NCBI RefSeq assembly: GCF_006345805.1
Contig: NC_043008.1
Span: 74,214,001-74,278,000 of the forward strand
DNA: 64,000 nt
Direction of reading: 5' to 3'
Source: Octopus sinensis
Taxonomy: Eukaryota
Within the stretch, counting starts at the first letter, position 1. Every line of letters begins with the position of its first letter. The notes beneath the pieces are model-generated. The model ran no database searches. It was not told where the DNA came from and saw nothing but the letters and a program-made list of their open reading frames with translations. Below are positions 52,153-62,763 of the stretch, piece by piece. A program made the position numbers and the translations under genes.

Positions 52153-52514
52153 AATGTCTGAAATGTCTTAATGTGTTCTAGGGCTAGGTTGGTCAAAAAG
52201 TGTTCACATCGCTTTTATTCTTTACAGAGCCCGTTTGCAATAAATCAACGCCTTCGCCATTTTATTGCAGATATACGTAATGTTAGGTCTCAGTAATGGT
52301 GTTCTGGTTATTAGTATGACGCAGGTAACTGCTCAGCACAATACTTCCAAACTATAAAGGACTATTTGATGCTCCACATTAGATCTTCACCTAACTCGTA
52401 ATACATGGTCTTGCCCAGACACTGCTAGGTATTCATTGTGCTTCCTATTTATTTCCATAGCTGCTCTTCAAATTTATCTTTGCATTCCGGTGTATAGGTG
52501 TGTTTTCTATATAT

Positions 52515-52848
52515 TTCCATATGCTTTGGCACTCCGTCGGTTACGACGACGTGTGTTCCAGTCGACCCGATGAACGGAAAAACGTGCTCATGAAATGAAC
52601 GTGCAAGTCGTTGAGCACACCACAGACACGTATACCCTTAATGTAGTTCTCAAAGACATTCAGTATGACACAGAATGTGACAAAGCCGGTACTTTGCATT
52701 ACAGATAGAACTCATCTTTACCAGTTGAGAGGACTAAAGCAATGTGAAATATAGTGTTTTACTCAAGGACACAACGCACGATAGGAATCGAACACACAAC
52801 GTCACGATCGTTAACCGAATACACTAACCACTAAACCACACGCATTCA
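52515..52848 (-). mobile_element. tRNA-derived SINE family C-like copy, decayed
   Basis: Minus strand: gcgtgtggtttagtggttagtg, gttcgattcc, gtgtccttgagtaaaacact. Confidence 0.7.
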
Positions 52849-53215
52849 TATACTTTTCTACCCAGATGTGAGTTTACGTACTTGTTTATATTTAAGCGTA
52901 TGTTATGAGATTATCACCTAGTAGATAGAATTATTAATTTCTAGTGTGTGAATATACACATGCACACATACACATGCACACACACATATTATAAATATAT
53001 GAATATACCGATATTGGTATGTTTACGACCCCGTAATTTAGCAGTTCTGCAATAGAGAACGATAGAACAACTACTAGGCTTACAAAGAATAAGTCTTGGG
53101 GTCAATTTGTTCGACTAAAGGTGGTGCTCTAGTATGGCTGCAGCCAATTGACTAAAACAAGTAAAAGAATAAAAGAATATAAATATATATATGTGTGTGT
53201 ACATACATACATACA

Positions 53216-53290
<75 letters not shown>

Positions 53291-53306
53291 CATAAATAAA
53301 TATATA

Positions 53307-53346
<40 letters not shown>

Positions 53347-53351
<5 letters not shown>

Positions 53352-56300
53352 CAATTAAGGAACGGCCATAATAGGCCATTCACCCACTAGAAATAACAGC
53401 CAAAGCTTCTACCGCAAATAAGATTAATTCCGTAAACAGGAGAAAATTAAAAAAACATTTTCCCTGTAATTTCTTGTACGGTATACCGTTTCATCCGCTG
53501 TTTAATGGTAAACTAACCTGATTAAATTAAATCAAGCCAATCTTCCATAAGCCCTCGATTCTTCAGCAAGAAATAGCTCAAGTCGGGACAGATATTACAA
53601 CGAGGCATACCCAATCTTGCCAAGGCAATATCTGACCTAAAATTTTCAAATCGTCGCACTCGCGCCAAATTTATCGGCAGCAAATAAATATCAGCCGTCG
53701 ATTCCATTACGGAATTAACCAAAAAATTCATAATTAATCAATATAGGGTGGCAAGGAAAATTTTGTAGAATTTTATTGCCACCAGCGGCCCAGTAGGAAA
53801 AAATTAAATAGTCATAGACCATTTTTAAGTTCAACATTAACAATTAAGGAACGGCCATAATAGGCCATTCACCCACTAGAAATAACAGCCAAAGCTTCTA
53901 CCGCAATAAAGATTAATTCCGTAAACAGGAGAAAATTAAAAAAACATTTACCCTGTAATTTCTTGTACGGTATACCGTTTCATCCGCTGTTTAATGGTAA
54001 ACTAACCTGATTAAATTAAATCAAGCCAATCTTCCATAAGCCCTCGGATTCTTCAGCAAGAAATAGCTCAAGTCGGGACAGATATTTACAACGAGGCATA
54101 CCCAATCTTGCCAAGGCAATATCTGACCTAAAATTTTCAAATCGTCGCACTCGCGCCAAATTTATCGGCAGCAAATAAATATCAGCCGTCGATTCCATTA
54201 CGGAATTAACCAAAAAATTCATAATTAATCAATATAGGGTGGCAAGGAAAATTTTGTAGAATTTTATTGCCACCAGCGGCCCAGTAGGAAAAAATTAAAT
54301 AGTCATAGACCATTTTTAAGTTCAACATTAACAATTAAGGAACGGCCATAATAGGCCATTCACCCACTAGAAATAACAGCCAAAGCTTCTACCGCAAATA
54401 AAGATTAATTCCGTAAACAGGAGAAAATTAAAAAAACATTTACCCTGTAATTTCTTGTACGGTATACCGTTTCATCCGCTGTTTAATGGTAAACTAACCT
54501 GATTAAATTAAATCAAGCCAATCTTCCATAAGCCCTCGGATTCTTCAGCAAGAAATAGCTCAAGTCGGGACAGATATTTACAACGAGGCATACCCAATCT
54601 TGCCAAGGCAATATCTGACCTAAAATTTTCAAATCGTCGCACTCGCGCCAAATTTATCGGCAGCAAATAAATATCAGCCGTCGATTCCATTACGGAATTA
54701 ACCAAAAAATTCATAATTAATCAATATAGGGTGGCAAGGAAAATTTTGTAGAATTTTATTGCCACCAGCGGCCCAGTAGGAAAAAATTAAATAGTCATAG
54801 ACCATTTTTAAGTTCAACATTAACAATTAAGGAACGGCCATAATAGGCCATTCACCACTAGAAATAACAGCCAAAGCTTCTACCGCAAATAAAGATTAAT
54901 TCCGTAAACAGGAGAAAATTAAAAAAACATTTTCCCTGTAATTTCTTGTACGGTATACCGTTTCATCCGCTGTTTAATGGTAAACTAACCTGATTAAATT
55001 AAATCAAGCCAATCTTCCATAAGCCCTCGGATTCTTCAGCAAGAAATAGCTCAAGTCGGGACAGATATTTACAACGAGGCATACCCAATCTTGCCAAGGC
55101 AATATCTGACCTAAAATTTTCAAATCGTCGCACTCGCGCCAAATTTATCGGCAGCAAATAAATATCAGCCGTCGATTCCATTACGGAATTAACCAAAAAA
55201 TTCATAATTAATCAATATAGGGTGGCAAGGAAAATTTTGTAGAATTTTATTGCCACCAGCGGCCCAGTAGGAAAAAATTAAATAGTCATAGACCATTTTT
55301 AAGTTCAACATTAACAATTAAGGAACGGCCATAATAGGCCATTCACCCACTAGAAATAACAGCCAAAGCTTCTACCGCAAATAAAGATTAATTCCGTAAA
55401 CAGGAGAAAATAAAAAAACATTTACCCTGTAATTTCTTGTACGGTATACCGTTTCATCCGCTGTTTAATGGTAAACTAACCTGATTAAATTAAATCAAGC
55501 CAATCTTCCATAAGCCCTCGGATTCTTCAGCAAGAAATAGCTCAAGTCGGGACAGATATTTACAACGAGGCATACCCAATCTTGCCAAGGCAATATCTGA
55601 CCTAAAATTTTCAAATCGTCGCACTCGCGCCAAATTTATCGGCAGCAATAAATATCAGCCGTCGATTCCATTACGGAATTAACCAAAAAATTCATAATTA
55701 ATCAATATAGGGTGGCAAGGAAAATTTTGTAGAATTTTATTGCCACCAGCGGCCCAGTAGGAAAAAATTAAATAGTCATAGACCATTTTTAAGTTCAACA
55801 TTAACAATTAAGGAACGGCCATAATAGGCCATTCACCCACTAGAAATAACAGCCAAAGCTTCTACCGCAAATAAAGATTAATTCCGTAAACAGGAGAAAA
55901 TTAAAAAAACATTTACCCTGTAATTTCTTGTACGGTATACCGTTTCATCCGCTGTTTAATGGTAAACTAACCTGATTAAATTAAATCAAGCCAATCTTCC
56001 ATAAGCCCTCGGATTCTTCAGCAAGAAATAGCTCAAGTCGGGACAGATATTTACAACGAGGCATACCCAATCTTGCCAAGGCAATATCTGACCTAAAATT
56101 TTCAAATCGTCGCACTCGCGCCAAATTATCGGCAGCAAATAAATATCAGCCGTCGATTCCATTACGGAATTAACCAAAAAATTCATAATTAATCAATATA
56201 GGGTGGCAAGGAAAATTTTGTAGAATTTTATTGCCACCAGCGGCCCAGTAGGAAAAAATTAAATAGTCATAGACCATTTTTAAGTTCAACATTAACAATT

Positions 56301-59300
56301 AAGGAACGGCCATAATAGGCCATTCACCCACTAGAAATAACAGCCAAAGCTTCTACCGCAAATAAAGATTAATTCCGTAAACAGGAGAAAATTAAAAAAA
56401 CATTTACCCTGTAATTTCTTGTACGGTATACCGTTTCATCCGCTGTTTAATGGTAAACTAACCTGATTAAATTAAATCAAGCCAATCTTCCATAAGCCCT
56501 CGGATTCTTCAGCAAGAAATAGCTCAAGTCGGGACAGATATTTACAACGAGGCATACCCAATCTTGCCAAGGCAATATCTGACCTAAAATTTTCAAATCG
56601 TCGCACTCGCGCCAAATTTATCGGCAGCAAATAAATATCAGCCGTCGATTCCATTACGGAATTAACCAAAAAATTCATAATTAATCAATATAGGGTGGCA
56701 AGGAAAATTTTGTAGAATTTTATTGCCACCAGCGGCCCAGTAGGAAAAAATTAAATAGTCATAGACCATTTTTAAGTTCAACATTAACAATTAAGGAACG
56801 GCCATAATAGGCCATTCACCCACTAGAAATAACAGCCAAGCTTCTACCGCAAATAAGATTAATTCCGTAAACAGGAGAAAATTAAAAAAACAGGAGAAAA
56901 TTAAAAAATGTTTTTTTAATTTTCTCCTGTTTACGGAATTAATCTTTATTTGCGGTAGAAGCTTTGGCTGTTATTTCTAGTGGGTGAATGGCCTATTATG
57001 GCCGTTCCTTAATTGTTAATGTTGAACTTAAAAATGGTCTATGACTATTTAATTTTTTCCTACTGGGCCGCTGGTGGCAATAAAATTCTACAAAATTTTC
57101 CTTGCCACCCTATATTGATTAATTATGAATTTTTTGGTTAATTCCGTAATGGAATCGACGGCTGATATTTATTTGCTGCCGATAAATTTGGCGCGAGTGC
57201 GACGATTTGAAAATTTTAGGTCAGATATTGCCTTGGCAAGATTGGGTATGCCTCGTTGTAAATATCTGTCCCGACTTGAGCTATTTCTTGCTGAAGAATC
57301 CGAGGGCTTATGGAAGATTGGCTTGATTTAATTTAATCAGGTTAGTTTACCATTAAACAGCGGATGAAACGGTATACCGTACAAGAAATTACAGGGTAAA
57401 TGTTTTTTTAATTTTCTCCTGTTTACGGAATTAATCTTTATTTGCGGTAGAAGCTTTGGCTGTTATTTCTAGTGGGTGAATGGCCTATTATGGCCGTTCC
57501 TTAATTGTTAATGTTGAACTTAAAAATGGTCTATGACTATTTAATTTTTTCCTACTGGGCCGCTGGTGCAATAAAATTCTACAAAATTTTCCTTGCCACC
57601 CTATATTGATTAATTATGAATTTTTTGGTTAATTCCGTAATGGAATCGACGGCTGATATTTATTTGCTGCCGATAAATTTGGCGCGAGTGCGACGATTTG
57701 AAAATTTTAGGTCAGATATTGCCTTGGCAAGATTGGGTATGCCTCGTTGTAAATATCTGTCCCGACTTGAGCTATTTCTTGCTGAAGAATCCGAGGGCTT
57801 ATGGAAGATTGGCTTGATTTAATTTAATCAGGTTAGTTTACCATTAAACAGCGGATGAAACGGTATACCGTACAAGAAATTACAGGGTAAATGTTTTTTT
57901 TAATTTTCTCCTGTTTACGGAATTAATCTTATTTGCGGTAGAAGCTTTGGCTGTTATTTCTAGTGGGTGAATGGCCTATTATGGCCGTTCCTTAATTGTT
58001 AATGTTGAACTTAAAAATGGTCTATGACTATTTATTTTTTCCTACTGGGCCGCTGGTGGCAATAAAATTCTACAAAATTTTCCTTGCCACCCTATATTGA
58101 TTAATTATGAATTTTTTGGTTAATTCCGTAATGGAATCGACGGCTGATATTTATTTGCTGCCGATAAATTTGGCGCGAGTGCGACGATTTGAAAATTTTA
58201 GGTCAGATATTGCCTTGGCAAGATTGGGTATGCCTCGTTGTAAATATCTGTCCCGACTTGAGCTATTTCTTGCTGAAGAATCCGAGGGCTTATGGAAGAT
58301 TGGCTTGATTTAATTTAATCAGGTTAGTTTACCATTAAACAGCGGATGAAACGGTATACCGTACAAGAAATTACAGGGTAAATGTTTTTTTAATTTTCTC
58401 CTGTTTACGGAATTAATCTTTATTTGCGGTAGAAGCTTTGGCTGTTATTTCTAGTGGGTGAATGGCCTATTATGGCCGTTCCTTAATTGTTAATGTTGAA
58501 CTTAAAAATGGTCTATGACTATTTAATTTTTTCCTACTGGGCCGCTGGTGGCAATAAAATTCTACAAAATTTTCCTTGCCACCCTATATTGATTAATTAT
58601 GAATTTTTTGGTTAATTCCGTAATGGAATCGACGGCTGATATTTATTTGCTGCCGATAAATTTGGCGCGAGTGCGACGATTTGAAAATTTTAGGTCAGAT
58701 ATTGCCTTGGCAAGATTGGGTATGCCTCGTTGTAAATATCTGTCCCGACTTGAGCTATTTCTTGCTGAAGAATCCGAGGGCTTATGGAAGATTGGCTTGA
58801 TTTAATTTAATCAGGTTAGTTTACCATTAAACAGCGGATGATGAAACGGTATACCGTACAAGAAATTACAGGGTAAATGTTTTTTTAATTTTCTCCTGTT
58901 TACGGAATTAATCTTTATTTGCGGTAGAAGCTTTGGCTGTTATTTCTAGTGGGTGAATGGCCTATTATGGCCGTTCCTTAATTGTTAATGTTGAACTTAA
59001 AAATGGTCTATGACTATTTAATTTTTTCCTACTGGGCCGCTGGTGGCAATAAAATTCTACAAAATTTTCCTTGCCACCCTATATTGATTAATTATGAATT
59101 TTTTGGTTAATTCCGTAATGGAATCGACGGCTGATATTTATTTGCTGCCGATAAATTTGGCGCGAGTGCGACGATTTGAAAATTTTAGGTCAGATATTGC
59201 CTTGGCAAGATTGGGTATGCCTCGTTGTAAATATCTGTCCGACTTGAGCTATTTCTTGCTGAAGAATCCGAGGGCTTATGGAAGATTGGCTTGATTTAAT

Positions 59301-59586
59301 TTAATCAGGTTAGTTTACCATTAAACAGCGGATGAAACGGTATACCGTACAAGAAATTACAGGGTAAATGTTTTTTTAATTTTCTCCTGTTTACGGAATT
59401 AATCTTTATTTGCGGTAGAAGCTTTGGCTGTTATTTCTAGTGGGTGAATGGCCTATTATGGCCGTTCCTTAATTGTTAATGTTGAACTTAAAAATGGTCT
59501 ATGACTATTTAATTTTTTCCTACTGGGCCGCTGGTGGCAATAAAATTCTACAAAATTTTCCTTGCCACCCTATATTGATTAATTAT
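53347..59586. mobile_element. Retrozyme-like tandem array: ~12.6 copies of a 491-492 bp HHR unit in two divergent arms
   Basis: Left arm 53347-56892 (HHR sense on minus, 7 HHRs); right arm 56909-59586 (sense on plus, 5 HHRs); (TA)n at both outer ends; copies differ almost only by short indels. Confidence 0.92.
57283..57389 (+). ncRNA. Type I hammerhead ribozyme, representative of the 12 in the array; predicted cleavage after 57381
   Basis: AUUUCUUG-CUGAAGA-AUCCG[58 nt]CGGAU-GAAA-C-GGUAUACC-GUA^CAAGAAAU: perfect 8-bp stem I, 5-bp stem II, palindromic ACGGUAUACCGU stem III. Confidence 0.94.
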
Positions 59587-59597
59587 ATATATATATA

Positions 59598-59757
59598 TGT
59601 ATTATTTTCTCTGTTTATTTCTCTGTTCCTTTCTGTCGAAGAAGAGCGTAGACTCGAAACGTAAAAGACTTTCTCACTTCCCGAGTGTTAAACTAATACA
59701 TATTTTTATTGTTTACACAACCGTCTTCGTCCATTTTTTTTTGTAAATACTCACTAT
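59598..59757 (+). mobile_element. Short pLTR-like repeat with a non-canonical minimal hammerhead-like motif
   Basis: CUUU-CUGUCGA-AGAAGAGC-GUA-GACUC-GAAAC-GUA^AAAG at ~59630-59668; core differs at A6 and stem III is only the ACGU palindrome. Confidence 0.4.
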
Positions 59758-59999
59758 ATACCTGTGTGTGTGTGTGTATGCTTACATACGCATACACACC
59801 TATATAAGTAATATGAGAGGTTTAGTTCACTGATGATCTGAACCAATAGGTATGTTGCGTCGGTCTCTTTCACTAAGTTAGGCGAGGTAAACAAACCGAC
59901 ACCTGTTGTCAAGCTATGGCAGGAAACAAACAAACACACATACAAACACACACACGCACACACACATACGCACACTCACACACACACATATATATGTGT

Positions 60000-60757
60000 G
60001 TATATACGCTAATGTTTCTCTTTATATTCAGTTATAGTAAAAACAATTTTATATTCATTTGATGGGTTGCTCTATACATTTATAGAGTATAAATTCATCC
60101 TTCTTAAACAAGCATATTATTGGTACTGGCTTCGAAGTTTCAGCCGCAAAAGCCATCGTCGGACTTCGGTGCATTGAAGTTAATATTGACTCTAAATAGT
60201 TTTTACCGAGTTAAAATCTTCCTTCAGTGTGTGGGTTTGAATGTTGTTGTAATTAAATCTTAGGACTGGAGTTCATGGAAAGGTATTTTGGAAGCGTGTA
60301 GAACTTTGTACGCAGGAGCAAATATTTGGTTGTATCCCTTTCTTGGTATGTAGGTAGGCAGGCAGGTAGGTAGGTAGGTATAGGATGTGTCAATAGTTTT
60401 CCTGTATTTAGCTTTATTGGATTTAATCCTTTGCTATGGGAATGTAAAATTCAATGGTTCAAATTTAGTCCAGTATTTAAAGAAAACTAATAATTGAGTA
60501 TTACTATATGGGTAACATAATCAAACTTTTTAGAGGTTCGTAAAAGAATATACGTTGGTGGTATGATTTAGTTGGTCTGTTTCTTTACTTTTCTTTGTTA
60601 TTTAGAGTATTTCTTATTTGCAAGGTGTGGGTTATTATTCCGACATGTCACTATGTTAATAGCATAGAAATGAGTTTATCCTGTACTTTGATGTTCACAA
60701 TTGGGAAAATGTAAAAGTGGTGGGTCTTCATGTTTCTCTCATACAGACTAACAACCA
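60000..60757 (-). mobile_element. Heavily decayed Penelope-like 3' end (GIY-YIG second half + pLTR with decayed HHR at ~60121-60170)
   Basis: CMRET*RP..FSQL (YIGET.RP-like), KYWT..HSKGLN; CCGACGA-UGGC..GGCU-GAAAC-UUCGAA-GCC with palindromic loop. Confidence 0.5.
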
Positions 60758-60764
60758 GTGTATG

Positions 60765-60816
<52 letters not shown>

Positions 60817-60819
<3 letters not shown>

Positions 60820-61380
60820 TTACTGTTAACAAAAGTTGGGATGCGAGGCGTTCAGTTGCTCAATAAATGAGAAATGCATTAAATGCTAAAAATCGTATAC
60901 GTGGGACAGACACAGAAAGGACCTAATTTTTCTTCAGTTATTAACCGAAATATTAATAAGCATTTAATGATAAGACTGAGAACCCCGCATACCTGCGACA
61001 CCCGTAAAATTTGTGGAGAATTAGAGCATGAACAATTCCATGTCTCTGCCTTTCAGCACCGGACGCTTAGCTTGCCGGTCAATATCTATCTCCTCTCTTG
61101 CTATTTCTCTTTCTGTATCCATTCAGGATTTCTTTCAGGCGTTACCCATCATTCTCGTGTTGGGCCGAAAGGCCGTATTTATTCCGTCTTCGTAAATCGT
61201 TTCAAATTACATTTGTTTACTTTCGTCCACCCACTAGTGTTTTGCTTGCTCGAGTCCTAACTCTCTGAAAATTTGGCGGGTGCTGCCGATATGCGAAGTT
61301 CTCTGTCTTATCATAAAAGCATGAAACTGAGTATTAACATTTCGGTTGATAAATTATGTGCCTGTCTTACGTGTACGCTT
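60817..61380 (+). mobile_element. Decayed Penelope-like GIY-YIG fragment
   Basis: KCIKC*K then, across a frameshift, IVYVGQT; GGCC-GAAA-GGCC hairpin remnant at ~61163-61174. Confidence 0.5.
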
Positions 61381-61406
61381 ATTAGTATTTAATGCATTTT
61401 TCCTTC

Positions 61407-61457
<51 letters not shown>

Positions 61458-61480
61458 CATGTATGTATGTATGTATAAAT

Positions 61481-61526
<46 letters not shown>

Positions 61527-61587
61527 CGTATATATATATACATATACATATACATATACATAATATATCTATACGTATATATGCATA

Positions 61588-61712
<125 letters not shown>

Positions 61713-62424
61713 TATGTTGAGCTTCTTTTTCAATTTCCGTTTACCATAGTCACCCATATTGCTTACGTTGGCCCATTACTATAGTAAAAGACGCTTGCCC
61801 AAGGTGCCACGCAGTGGTACTGAACCCGGAAGCATATGGTTGGGAATCAATCTTCTTACTACAGAGTGAAGCCTACAACTTTGGTCATTTTTGTTAATTC
61901 ACTTATTTAAATTTTAAAGTCTCTTCTGATTGTTGGTATCATTGTCCTGTTACTGTCATTGCTTTTGCAATTGTGGCTCACAACACGTGTATACTAATGT
62001 TACTTTACATGTTTTTTGCTTAAGGTAGTATTTAAAGGAGTCAAAGACAGAAAGAGCATGTACAAATGCAGCTATAGCCTACCTACTGCCATCATTGCTC
62101 CCAAAACTTACATATAATTCTTCACCGGCTCTCATTTGGCAGACCCACAACAGCATTTATAATCTTCAGAATACACAAGTTTGCAGCAGCTGTTCCGGAT
62201 TCATGGTGCTATTAGCACCAGTCAATTAAATCATACAAGTAATTGCGTATTTATTATTGTTCTTATTATCCGGCATAATTACTTCTAGTATTGTGGATTG
62301 GCTTATGCAGTTGAACGCCGGTCATACACGACTGGATGTCATGTATCCTCGTGACTCCCCTCCTCCTTTACCGTCTCAACCTCCTCTCCTCCTTCTCATA
62401 CCCATCACCATCATCGAGCCCACA

Positions 62425-62625
62425 AGCTTGTTGGTAGATCGGGCCAAAATTCTTTGCAGTATTTTCTTCCGAGTTTTTACAGTCTAAGCTCAAATACTAC
62501 GTGGTTGACTTTGCCTTTCATCCTTTCGGAGTCGATAACATAAATTCCAGTCGAGAAATTTGGTCGGTCTAATCGACTATCTGCACATAAACCCCAAATT
62601 TCAAGCTTGTGCCTATAGGAGAAAG
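62425..62625 (+). mobile_element. Decayed SINE family B copy
   Basis: gactttgcctttcatcctttcggagtcgataa shared with 33541-33955. Confidence 0.65.
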
Positions 62626-62697
62626 GTTTATTATTATTACTCTTATGATTATTATTGTTGTTGTTGTCGTCGTCGTCATCATCAGCATCATCATCAC

Positions 62698-62763
<66 letters not shown>

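Noticed and set aside
57125-57331. 68-aa ORF (MNFLVNSVMESTADIY...) repeated in most array units
   Set aside because: No recognisable domain; it overlaps the ribozyme 5' half and is frameshifted in several copies. Its recurrence only reflects the repeat. It cannot be excluded as a PLE N-terminal remnant.
53347-59586. CRISPR array or rDNA/histone-type gene cluster
   Set aside because: No repeat-spacer alternation (whole units are identical), eukaryotic context, and no rRNA or histone similarity.
53347-59586. Single-base length variants among array units as biological polymorphism
   Set aside because: They are mostly homopolymer deletions scattered singly, typical of uncorrected long-read error.
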